A stretch of DNA of 64,000 nt from a virus: positions 1 through 64,000 of the IMG/VR virus record IMGVR_UViG_3300008108_000067. One strand, given 5' to 3'. Within the stretch, counting starts at the first letter, position 1; the number at the start of each line of letters is the position of its first letter. This document shows, one piece after another, positions 39,718 to 49,228 of this stretch. Under the pieces are notes generated by a model. It did not search any database and was not told where the DNA came from. It saw nothing but the letters and a program-made list of their open reading frames with translations. A program made the translations under genes and the position numbers.

Positions 39718-40628
39718 GTGTTTTGTAACCTATTTTGTATAAAGTCCTTAAATGTCGTTGCCTTTGAGTTATTTATAAACTCCCAGGTCTTTTGAAATCC
39801 AAGGTCGGCGGCGTCCCCACCACTCACCGATACTTGTGATACATTAATACCATATGATGTTAACTTTCGTTCCAGATTCAATGCTTCTGTCTTTGCATCA
39901 TCGTCAAGAAGAATATACACGTTCTTGACTTTATTTTCAAGTAGTTTTACTTCTAATTTTTTCGGTAAAAACTTCCCCAACATTGGAATTGCATTCCGTC
40001 GAACTGAGATAGCGTCAAACACTCCTTCCACTAATACAATCGGTTCGTTCCAATTAATCTGTTCTTCAAATACCACCACATTCTTTGATACTGGTGGGTT
40101 CTTGTACTTCATATTTGTATCGTGATATGCACGTGCGATGAAGTAATTTAGCTTTCCATCTACACCATACGAAGGGACAATAATACGACCACCATACTGA
40201 CCTGTCTCACAATATCCCATTCGATAACGGATAATATCGTATCCAGAAATGCTACGCTTCTTTAAGTAATTGATTGCGTGTTTGTATTCAAATGTATTGG
40301 TGGGTTTCCAAAGTGGTTTAAATTCGTGTGGAAGGTGAAGCTCAACAATTTCGTCCGTTGATGTATCTGTATAACTCTTAACATCTTCTTCACTCAAACA
40401 CTTTTTAAGCTCTTTTATTTGTGCGGGTGACACATCCAGTTTTCTAAACAAACCAAGTAGGTGCCCACCTTTTGCACCACACACCCAACACTTCCATTTA
40501 TTCTTTACAACATTAACTGCGAACTTCTTGTTACGATGATGGCAAAACGGGCAGGAGAAGTAGTGTTCTCCTTTGCCCATATGGTCATAATTGCCGAGTA
40601 TTTGTGATAAGAGAGAGATTAGATTCAT
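39714..40628 (-). CDS. DNA primase (Zn-binding + TOPRIM)
   Basis: CPFCHH...KCWVC; LVEGVFDA; LLDDDA. Confidence 0.88.
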   Translation of the reverse strand: MNLISLLSQILGNYDHMGKGEHYFSCPFCHHRNKKFAVNVVKNKWKCWVCGAKGGHLLGLFRKLDVSPAQIKELKKCLSEEDVKSYTDTSTDEIVELHLPHEFKPLWKPTNTFEYKHAINYLKKRSISGYDIIRYRMGYCETGQYGGRIIVPSYGVDGKLNYFIARAYHDTNMKYKNPPVSKNVVVFEEQINWNEPIVLVEGVFDAISVRRNAIPMLGKFLPKKLEVKLLENKVKNVYILLDDDAKTEALNLERKLTSYGINVSQVSVSGGDAADLGFQKTWEFINNSKATTFKDFIQNRLQNT

Positions 40629-40665
40629 ATGTTAGAAATCTAACCTCTCTCCTTCAAAAAAACAA
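40609..40665 (-). promoter_or_regulatory. Sigma70-like promoter overlapping a start-codon-sequestering hairpin at primase
   Basis: TTGTTT(40665-40660)-17 nt-TAGATT(40642-40637); inverted repeat 40611-40625/40637-40651 with ATG in the loop. Confidence 0.6.
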
Positions 40666-40676
40666 GTGTTAATTTA

Positions 40677-41027
40677 TTAATTTATATTTTTTGGTTTGGT
40701 CAATTCAAAAAAATGTTCTGCTTCTATAACAGCGTATGTTTTTGTATTATTTCTTTTAAAGAACACTACTGGGTGGGTATTTTCCTTATTATTTTTCTCT
40801 GCTTGTTGTAGTGCTGACCAAATATTAACTTTTTCTTGGTTCTTACACTCAGGAGAATACGGAAACACTTTCCGAGCAGCGGGGCTGAGTTTTATATCAG
40901 CCCCCGAATCACCCATCAATGTAGATACTACATCGTCTGGTTCTAGCTGTGGAAAGTGTTCGAGTATAAGATCACGGATTGCGTTCTGCAATCGTTTTCC
41001 TTTGTTTTTTGCGCTGCGAGCCTTCAT
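40677..41027 (-). CDS. PD-(D/E)xK nuclease, Holliday junction resolvase-like
   Basis: SAKNKGKRLQ...GADI...ECKNQE. Confidence 0.7.
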   Translation of the reverse strand: MKARSAKNKGKRLQNAIRDLILEHFPQLEPDDVVSTLMGDSGADIKLSPAARKVFPYSPECKNQEKVNIWSALQQAEKNNKENTHPVVFFKRNNTKTYAVIEAEHFFELTKPKNIN

Positions 41028-41046
41028 ATAACCTCTTTATAATTTA

Positions 41047-41499
41047 TTATGCTGGTGTGTATCCTAGTACTACTCCAGCCGATGTTGAATTTTTAGTTAA
41101 GTACTTTTCATTATTATCTGTTGCCAAATAACGATGTACTAACTTCGAATTATAATTTTTACGAGATGAATCTATTGCGAAACGATAATATGTGTCAAAC
41201 GCTGAGTTTACATTTGTTCCAGGTGCACCTGTTGTTGTACCTGTAAAATCGGAATCTTGTGTGTTTACCGACTTTTGAAATCCAGCGACACTCAAACTTG
41301 GTTTGTCAACATTAAATCCGTTTTGGTATGTATTTGGAATAAAATCAACGGCGTTTGTTTGTCTAATTTCTTTTGTAACATCCGATTGCTTACGAACACT
41401 GAAATTTTTTGGATTTGCAGTGTTTGGTGAATGTCCAGCAATTGTATTTAATCTGCTATACACTTCTGAATTTTGTAGTAATTCAACTAACTTTGACAT
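41047..41499 (-). CDS. Hypothetical protein
   Basis: Start chosen at MSKLVELL with GGAG RBS. Confidence 0.5.
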   Translation of the reverse strand: MSKLVELLQNSEVYSRLNTIAGHSPNTANPKNFSVRKQSDVTKEIRQTNAVDFIPNTYQNGFNVDKPSLSVAGFQKSVNTQDSDFTGTTTGAPGTNVNSAFDTYYRFAIDSSRKNYNSKLVHRYLATDNNEKYLTKNSTSAGVVLGYTPA

Positions 41500-41512
41500 G
41501 GGAATCTCCACA

Positions 41513-42448
41513 TTAGGTATCAAACTTTACAATGAAAGTTTGGTCTACATTTTTTGCTCGTGGTACTGGATTTGCCAACTTAGCAATTGCAAGTAGCTCG
41601 TAATTGTTGTTATATAACCCAATTGTCGTAACATACGGAGTCAATGTACCAGAATCAAACAATCCAGTTATTGATTCACCAGATGTTGCTTTTGTAGACG
41701 ATGATACATTCGGAACAAAATTATTATATGTAACCGTGGTTGACCCCGAAACGTAAGAACCTGTTACTGTTTTATAATATCCGACTGTGTGATTAAACAC
41801 CGATGCGTTAAATTCTGATGGTCCCATTTTACATACGACTGTATGTTCAGTTATTTCAAACGAGGATGAGAACTTAACATCTACCGATTTAAATCTTTCC
41901 AGTCTTAATCCACTAGTTGTTATGGATTGAGTTGGTGCAGAAAGATTATTTTGTACCACTACAATTCCATGCTTATAAAATATATTACCAACTACATTCG
42001 TAGTATTATTAACATATAATCTACCATAACCGTCATCTAGTATTGGTGATGATCCAGAAACTCTTATACTAAACGTACCTGCTCCAATTCCCTCACCAAC
42101 TGCATCGTTTACGATATTAAACACATACAGCGATGCAGTTGGTGTGTACTTATTTACTGCGATAGATTCTGTGCCATATTCAACAATAGACTGCGATGAA
42201 TAAAATGCATGATTTATCAAACTAAACAACGGGTACGAGTACACACCACTTGCAGAATTATATGTTCCTAAATCTGTATCACTAGTATTTTGGTATTTCC
42301 AATCACTAGGTGGTTGTTCCGCAAAGTCAATAGTTACCAAATCTGTGTTTACTGGTGATCCGGAAACTATTGTATAACTTTGCGATATGTACGCGGTATA
42401 ATTGTTTCTAGTATAACCATCAGTACTGAGAGGTTTGAGAGCTCTCAT
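41513..42448 (-). CDS. Putative baseplate/tail structural protein
   Basis: C-terminal YVTTIGLYNNNYELLAIAKLANPV...FIVKFD, paralogous to the adjacent gene. Confidence 0.6.
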   Translation of the reverse strand: MRALKPLSTDGYTRNNYTAYISQSYTIVSGSPVNTDLVTIDFAEQPPSDWKYQNTSDTDLGTYNSASGVYSYPLFSLINHAFYSSQSIVEYGTESIAVNKYTPTASLYVFNIVNDAVGEGIGAGTFSIRVSGSSPILDDGYGRLYVNNTTNVVGNIFYKHGIVVVQNNLSAPTQSITTSGLRLERFKSVDVKFSSSFEITEHTVVCKMGPSEFNASVFNHTVGYYKTVTGSYVSGSTTVTYNNFVPNVSSSTKATSGESITGLFDSGTLTPYVTTIGLYNNNYELLAIAKLANPVPRAKNVDQTFIVKFDT

Positions 42449-42466
42449 AAAACCTCCCGTAGTTCA

Positions 42467-43585
42467 TTAGAAATCAAGTCTGACGCGGATAAGTGCTTCC
42501 TTGTCGAAACTCTTTTCTAGTGGGCGACTTAACTTTGCAACTGCTACCAACTCATTACTATTATTATATAATCCAATTGTTGTTGCGTATACTCGTGGGT
42601 CTTGTACGAAGTCCTCATTCAAGATTTGACCATTTGTATTATTATAGAACGTTGGATTATTGGAATAGTTGAAATCTTTGTTACGTAAACGTACGAAGAA
42701 GTGTGTTGATGCAATTGTTTCTGCCGAACGTGCTTGGAAGTCACCACCCAACTTAATTGAACGAACTAAACCGTCGTGGTTACGTTGTTCACGGATAGTT
42801 GCGCCAACCAATGATGCTGTATATGGTGCAAATGGTACTGATGTATTCGTTGTATCGTATGAATAATCTTGTTGTGTACCACAACCAAATCCTGCTGATG
42901 CTGAACTAAATCCAACTGTTGGGATAATTGCATCTGGATTTAATACGATGATACCCAAGTCTGGGTATACAAGACCAAATCCTTTACCTGCTGCAGATTG
43001 ACTGGTCAATACTGTACTTCCACTTGTACCTGTCAATGAACCTGAGCAAACATTGAACACACGACCAGATTTACTTGTCTTTGATTTTGCACTTAGTGTT
43101 TGACCACTATCATCAATAAATGTAAATTTACCAAGTGAACCAGAAAGTGTTAACAACCAGTTACCTGGGTCTAGTTGCTCACGTAGTCGTGCACGTTGAA
43201 TGTTAACCACGTAAATATGGTCTGCATTTGTAGTACCAAATGTAAACAAATCGTCAGATGGATCTAACAATATGTTTTTATATTGTAAATATGTTGTTTT
43301 TGTAGCAACAACCGATAAATCGTCTTGTGCTAATGTTGGTGAACCACCACCAGAAATGTGTCCGTATGCTACGGCAAATTGAACTTCTGCGGTAGTATCG
43401 GTTGCTGGATTCTTATCGTATGCGTCAAAATAATACTCACCACTTGCAGAAATCTGCGTAGTTGACGTAAAGAGCGTCGTTAAACTACCTGTATCACCGG
43501 ACCACAGACCAGTTGTAACCGTGGTTTGACTACCACGAACGATATCTTCATCTACGTTAAATGGAACGAAAGTTCTAATTGCCAT
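42467..43585 (-). CDS. Putative baseplate/tail structural protein
   Basis: C-terminal YATTIGLYNNSNELVAVAKLSRPL...IRVRLDF. Confidence 0.6.
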   Translation of the reverse strand: MAIRTFVPFNVDEDIVRGSQTTVTTGLWSGDTGSLTTLFTSTTQISASGEYYFDAYDKNPATDTTAEVQFAVAYGHISGGGSPTLAQDDLSVVATKTTYLQYKNILLDPSDDLFTFGTTNADHIYVVNIQRARLREQLDPGNWLLTLSGSLGKFTFIDDSGQTLSAKSKTSKSGRVFNVCSGSLTGTSGSTVLTSQSAAGKGFGLVYPDLGIIVLNPDAIIPTVGFSSASAGFGCGTQQDYSYDTTNTSVPFAPYTASLVGATIREQRNHDGLVRSIKLGGDFQARSAETIASTHFFVRLRNKDFNYSNNPTFYNNTNGQILNEDFVQDPRVYATTIGLYNNSNELVAVAKLSRPLEKSFDKEALIRVRLDF

Positions 43586-43599
43586 ATATTAAACCCCTA

Positions 43600-44229
43600 T
43601 TATACTGTTGGCTTCGCAGATACGGTAACCGTAACCGTCTTTGTTGCGCCCGTAAGATTGTTGATGATTGTCAACTGCGTTGTACGATCAACAGTCAATT
43701 CTTTTGCAGATAAATTGAAACTAAATCCTTGTACAACCACAGCATTTGCTGATGTTGGTTGGTTAATTGAGAAGAATGGAACTGTTGTGCCAGCTGCCAA
43801 TGGTTGGTTTGTAGTTAATGTTGCTACGTTACCATCATATAGGATTGCTGTGTATCCAGCAGTTGCCAATTCTGCGGTAGTTGTTGGACTGACCACAACC
43901 GAGTCATTGAAGTTAAGCGAGTATGCAGCAACACCCAACGAAATTGTTGGAATTTCTTTTGTTCCTTGGTCGAGAGATACTAGTTTATATCTCATAGCTT
44001 GTGTTTCATCAGTTGATGCTTCAAGTACCGGCATGCTTTCAATTAAAGCGCCGTAGTACGATGAACCAAGTGGATGTGAAGTGGTATAAAGAGTGTAGTC
44101 TACCTCGTCATCAGCTACAGCAAATTGCGTAATTTCTGCCGCAGCTTGCTGTCCCTTGGACAAGATTTCTCTACCTTTCTTTGTTAACACCGCATCAACT
44201 GTAATCGTTGACTTGTTTAGATATCCCAT
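43600..44229 (-). CDS. Putative virion structural protein
   Basis: MGYL....VDAVLTKKGRE...ITQFAVADDEVDY N-terminus, typical of baseplate-region genes. Confidence 0.55.
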   Translation of the reverse strand: MGYLNKSTITVDAVLTKKGREILSKGQQAAAEITQFAVADDEVDYTLYTTSHPLGSSYYGALIESMPVLEASTDETQAMRYKLVSLDQGTKEIPTISLGVAAYSLNFNDSVVVSPTTTAELATAGYTAILYDGNVATLTTNQPLAAGTTVPFFSINQPTSANAVVVQGFSFNLSAKELTVDRTTQLTIINNLTGATKTVTVTVSAKPTV

Positions 44230-44261
44230 AGTAAGTACCTCTCCCGACTTAAATTGTCTAA

Positions 44262-44269
44262 TATAAATA
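44262..44269 (-). promoter_or_regulatory. Putative late promoter core TATTTATA
   Basis: TATAAATA on + strand, 33 nt upstream of ATG 44229. Confidence 0.55.
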
Positions 44270-44284
44270 TGTTATACATTGGTT

Positions 44285-47200
44285 TTAGTTCACATTTAGG
44301 TTAATTCCACCCAAACTTTCTTCTTCTTGTAGAATGTTTGGAGATACCGTTAACGTGGTACCTGCGGTAAATGTAACTTCTACTGGTGAACGTCCATCTG
44401 TTGTTGTGTCTTGCGTTTGTAAACATCCCAAATAATTTCTACGTTTGGTAGCCAATGCATTATCACGATAGAATTTATAATGTCTTGGCAAGTATCCAAT
44501 GGGTAATTGGATAGGTGCTTCGATAGCGAAATAATTAAATGTAACAATAAATCCGTTTGTATACGTATTACCCGCTAATTCTTCAATCGTATAATATATA
44601 ACTGGACTTGAACTACTTCCTTCGTCATTATTGATAAGGGTTACCGGAGGATATAATCCTACGTTTCTACTTACGGACCCATTTTCAACTTTCATATCCA
44701 GTAATACACCGTGATTGTCCAATGGTTCTATTCCAAAGGCTCGATTTACGTCAGCATCACGAGAAGTCGAAGTATCATATAATCTTACACGTATTGCTGG
44801 AAGTGGTACATCCGCTACACCAACGTTTACAGAAAATAGTGTTGCTAGTGCCTGTAATCTGACCAATCCAGTAGTTCTACTATTTGCTGCGACAGATCCT
44901 AGTGTCAATTTGGTACTGTATCGTTTTGGTTCTACGATAGGACGATTAATTGATACTCTGGTAGTTGGTAATTCAAATACCGATTCGTTACCACTAGCTT
45001 TATTAACGTCGAAAATAATACGATACGGAGTCTGGACCGCCTTCCCTCTATAAAACACAGGTACCCATCGGTTTTGATCAAGCGATGGATAATTGTATGA
45101 TACGGACGGTGCATCTTGGGCTATATATCTAAATAGTTTACCATTTGCCGTTTTTGCCGAACCGTTGGTTGCCCCGTACTGTACTACAACATCATTTTTA
45201 TTATATGTTGTTCCAAATGACCACGTTGCGGCAGCTCCCGACAAGAAATTTAATTGGTTTAATCCAATAATTTCTTTATAAACAGTTTCAAAATTATAAA
45301 TACCATTATTTTTGATATAATAATTTGCTACGCTATAGTCAGTTAAATCTGTTCTTGGTGGAATTACATTAATAATGTTTGCTTGGTTAATGTTTTCACT
45401 AACACCAATCAAGTCACCAATATCAATTATATTACCAGCTTTGTATCCGATAGCCATTTCTTCAGCTTCTCGTAACGACAATCCGGCGTATTTACGCAAG
45501 TACTGTATGTAACTTATCTTTTCTACATCCGAATCAAATAATGCAAAGTCGGACGATACGGATTCAGAAACAATCGTACTACGCGTGGTTCCTTCATAAT
45601 AATTGAAATCACCACGAACAGTTCCACCAGGAGCTTCAATGGATACCCCATTTAATAATCCTGTGAGAATTTCCCCCATAGGCATTGATTGCGTTATATG
45701 GAGAGTATTTGCATTGTATGTCGAATACAATCCAGAACCAGTAACTTGCGTCGGGCTGAATCGTGCGTTAAAGGTTAGATTTGCATCACCCGTTGGAACT
45801 GTATACGAATTTATATTAAATCTGGTGTTGTAATCCGTATAGAAGGCCACCTGGTTAGTGATTCCACTAGCCGATGGTATCTTTGCCTCTGTTGACAGTG
45901 TGATGTCAAAATCACGTGCGTATGTACGTTCAGTGTTAGCAAATCTACTATTTCTTCTAGTGTTCGCACCACTTAATTTTACAGGTTTTTCAGCTGTTAG
46001 TTTTTTGCGTTCGAGAATATTTGGTTCAATTACTATACCAGTAGCTAAAATAGTTTTTGCTGGTACCAATTGACTTGCTTGTTCAAATAATGTCGGTGCT
46101 AACTCATCAAAGAAACGTACGAATTGTGGTATATTAACTGTGGCGTTATAATATTGTTTATAATAGTTTTGTAGTGCCTCTATGTCTGCGTACTTTGATT
46201 TGTAACGAGTACCATACCCAACACGACTATTAACGTCAACATTACCCAATGCACGAATTAATAAATTATTAACCGCATCGGTTGGTGATACGAAGAATCC
46301 TAAATAACTCTTCGATTGCTGTTGTTTTCTACGTGTTTCGTTATCAACAATACTCTTCTTTCTATGGAGTATTAGTTCACCACCAGGTGAAACCTCAGTA
46401 AATACTGGTGGTGGTGCGATGATAATTTTGTTACTTCCGTATGAGTATGCTCCCGTGTTAGTAGTGTATTGACGAATTTTTCTACTTACACGAGTCATGC
46501 TGTATGGATATACAGATTTATTTTCAAATCCTACTGCTATAATATTTGTGATATTTGGTAGTAGTGATAATGTAGGATCGGACACACCATCTTTATTTCT
46601 GTATGGTGATTCATTTGGAATACTTCCTGACGATAGATTTTTTGGTGTGTGGAAGGACATACGAACCCACAAACTTTCTACCGGTGATGTGTAGTCATTA
46701 CCTACAAAACTACCAGGGTCTAGTACCTGTGCCTTAAACACAGAGTCACTTATCTGTTCACCCCACACACGAACTTCGTCAATGTATCCACCAAAATTAT
46801 TTAGACTTAGTGAACCAGAACCACCCAAGTAAAAGTTTTTTGTTAATGGCCATGCATCTCGTAAGTAAGAACCCGTGGTGCTCATACTGGACGAGAATAG
46901 TATTTGTTCACCGTCTGATTGTGCAACTTGTAGATTTACACTTGATGTACTGTATCTAAGCATTACATCAAAATAATCTTCTGTATCAAACATATCTGCG
47001 TAACTACTACTTAATAAAACTTCTCCAATATTATCAGTTACTTCGATACGCCCATATGGTGATGATGCGGATGGATGTGTTGCAAGTTTAACGATCCACG
47101 ATCCTGATGGTGATGCTGTGTCACCGACACCCAACGTGGTAGTTTGTTTAATAGAATTATTAAATCTAAATTGTAATGTACCTACTGGTCGGTTTGAGGC

Positions 47201-49222
47201 AGACATTGGTAATACAAGATACGATCCTGTATTAAAATTCAATGCGTTTGTAACTTCATCAAATATTTCGAAACTACCAGTTGTAGTTGTGTCGGTTTCT
47301 CTAATACCGACAACTTGTTCATTCAATCCAAAAATACTAAGTAGTGCTTTTAATGCGTTGGCAGTACCACGGGTTTTGTTGAGGTACGGTCCATTGTGAA
47401 GAAAACGTTTCCAGAGTTCTGTTGTTGATTCACGTTTTTTCGTTATATCCGTATCTGTTGTAAAGTTGTATAGTGACGCTGCAGCGTTTGGATTAGTTAA
47501 TGACAATCCAAATGATTTTGCAACATCCCATACCAAATCTTGTGACAAACCAGTAGTTGCGGTAACTTGTCTATCGTAAATTCTTGGTAAATGGTCAATG
47601 TATAGTTTTACATTATCAAAGAAATGACCAATTAAATTTGTGAACTTTATAAATTCTTGTGAATTTACATCATCGTGGAGATATAATGGTATTCCTCTGG
47701 ACATTAGGTTTGCATTATTTTCATCATATCTTTGTGCAATTGCAGACTGTTCTTCGTACCAAGCAGTCGCTTGTGCACTGGTTGGAAGATATATGGTTCC
47801 GTCAGTATCTTTCTTTGGCCACGTTCCATCTGCATGGTATTCTGTACCATTTAATTGCCAGTACACACTTGCACTGTATGCACTTCCAGATTGATAGAAA
47901 AGATAACGTTCGTACCCATCAAATCCACGAATAATATTTTCAATTTCCAACGCTGCTGTTTTTGAACCTTCTACAAGATACAACGATGCAGATGGTATCT
48001 CATCTGGTGAGTAAATGGTAAGTATTGAACCAGTAGATACAGTTATTGATCCTGAATCGGTGACTAGTACAGGACTTGCGTATGTGGTATTGGTATTGAT
48101 AACCACATCCGTATCAATAATCGTTGCTTCACTACCAAAAATTGAACTTGATGCAAGTCCAGCAATAAATCTTGATGAATTTTCTAATTCACGTATTTTT
48201 GTTAATTTTTGTCTAAATGTTTGTAGTCTTAATTGGGCAGAACTATACGTTATAAAATTTGCATAATTCGTATAATCTACATTCAACTCTGCTGATCTAT
48301 AATCATCCGTATACCATTTACGTAATATATCATCTTCAAACGTGTATCCACCGTAATTATCTGCCGACCCTGTTAGGTTAATTCCTAGGGTAGCTAATGT
48401 TTGATTTGATACCGTGTGATTATAGATGTTTAGTAATTCAGTATCCGTTATAAAACTTCTTGGTTGCGTATTCTTTGGACGTAACCACAACGATGTATCT
48501 GGTTGTGGGAGTAATTCAAATTTAATTGTATCTGCTATTGGATTTGCAACTTCACGACTGATGAATACATTATTACCGACATCTAATTCAAAGTCGAGCG
48601 GAGATAATAATTTAACCAATAACTTACTAGGATCGTTTGGATCTAACTTCCAGTTAGTTAACAACCGTTGAGTATCTTCACCAAAATTTAATAATGTCTT
48701 TAAAAATCTATCTCTATCAAAATATTGATTTACTCTGTTAGAAACTTCATCCGTAATTACTTTTACCAACGCAGCACGTAAAGGTACTTCAACGGGGTCA
48801 TATCCAGAAATATTAATATTTAACGGAATAGTTTTTTCAGAAACAATCGCATCTTCTGCAAATATTGTAACTACAACTGGTAGGGTTTTTGTTGATCCTA
48901 CTAATGGTGGTAATGTTCCCAATACTGTAACAGGTGGTTGTGCTGCAACGTATTGGGCAGTTGAACTAAAATTTGATGGTGACGGTGCAGGATTTGGCAT
49001 ACCTCGTAGTAAAACACCACCTGGTGTTGCCTGTTCACCACCAGTTAATTCACCACTTCGATATTGTTGTATTAAATCTGTTTGATCTGCTCGTATAAAT
49101 ACAACACCACCAACAGCCGTAGGCACAGCTACGGCGTCTGGATAATCTCGTCCTATAAAAGAATTTGCTTCTTTTAATGATTGTATTTCCGAATTACTTA
49201 GTGGTATGTATTCGTTTGCCAT
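44285..49222 (-). CDS. Large baseplate wedge-like protein with LamG-like domain
   Basis: 1645 aa; YLNKTRGTANALKALLSIFG (wedge-type motif); FGGYIDEVRVW (LamG-like end). Confidence 0.6.
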   Translation of the reverse strand: MANEYIPLSNSEIQSLKEANSFIGRDYPDAVAVPTAVGGVVFIRADQTDLIQQYRSGELTGGEQATPGGVLLRGMPNPAPSPSNFSSTAQYVAAQPPVTVLGTLPPLVGSTKTLPVVVTIFAEDAIVSEKTIPLNINISGYDPVEVPLRAALVKVITDEVSNRVNQYFDRDRFLKTLLNFGEDTQRLLTNWKLDPNDPSKLLVKLLSPLDFELDVGNNVFISREVANPIADTIKFELLPQPDTSLWLRPKNTQPRSFITDTELLNIYNHTVSNQTLATLGINLTGSADNYGGYTFEDDILRKWYTDDYRSAELNVDYTNYANFITYSSAQLRLQTFRQKLTKIRELENSSRFIAGLASSSIFGSEATIIDTDVVINTNTTYASPVLVTDSGSITVSTGSILTIYSPDEIPSASLYLVEGSKTAALEIENIIRGFDGYERYLFYQSGSAYSASVYWQLNGTEYHADGTWPKKDTDGTIYLPTSAQATAWYEEQSAIAQRYDENNANLMSRGIPLYLHDDVNSQEFIKFTNLIGHFFDNVKLYIDHLPRIYDRQVTATTGLSQDLVWDVAKSFGLSLTNPNAAASLYNFTTDTDITKKRESTTELWKRFLHNGPYLNKTRGTANALKALLSIFGLNEQVVGIRETDTTTTGSFEIFDEVTNALNFNTGSYLVLPMSASNRPVGTLQFRFNNSIKQTTTLGVGDTASPSGSWIVKLATHPSASSPYGRIEVTDNIGEVLLSSSYADMFDTEDYFDVMLRYSTSSVNLQVAQSDGEQILFSSSMSTTGSYLRDAWPLTKNFYLGGSGSLSLNNFGGYIDEVRVWGEQISDSVFKAQVLDPGSFVGNDYTSPVESLWVRMSFHTPKNLSSGSIPNESPYRNKDGVSDPTLSLLPNITNIIAVGFENKSVYPYSMTRVSRKIRQYTTNTGAYSYGSNKIIIAPPPVFTEVSPGGELILHRKKSIVDNETRRKQQQSKSYLGFFVSPTDAVNNLLIRALGNVDVNSRVGYGTRYKSKYADIEALQNYYKQYYNATVNIPQFVRFFDELAPTLFEQASQLVPAKTILATGIVIEPNILERKKLTAEKPVKLSGANTRRNSRFANTERTYARDFDITLSTEAKIPSASGITNQVAFYTDYNTRFNINSYTVPTGDANLTFNARFSPTQVTGSGLYSTYNANTLHITQSMPMGEILTGLLNGVSIEAPGGTVRGDFNYYEGTTRSTIVSESVSSDFALFDSDVEKISYIQYLRKYAGLSLREAEEMAIGYKAGNIIDIGDLIGVSENINQANIINVIPPRTDLTDYSVANYYIKNNGIYNFETVYKEIIGLNQLNFLSGAAATWSFGTTYNKNDVVVQYGATNGSAKTANGKLFRYIAQDAPSVSYNYPSLDQNRWVPVFYRGKAVQTPYRIIFDVNKASGNESVFELPTTRVSINRPIVEPKRYSTKLTLGSVAANSRTTGLVRLQALATLFSVNVGVADVPLPAIRVRLYDTSTSRDADVNRAFGIEPLDNHGVLLDMKVENGSVSRNVGLYPPVTLINNDEGSSSSPVIYYTIEELAGNTYTNGFIVTFNYFAIEAPIQLPIGYLPRHYKFYRDNALATKRRNYLGCLQTQDTTTDGRSPVEVTFTAGTTLTVSPNILQEEESLGGINLNVN

Positions 49223-49228
49223 ATAATC

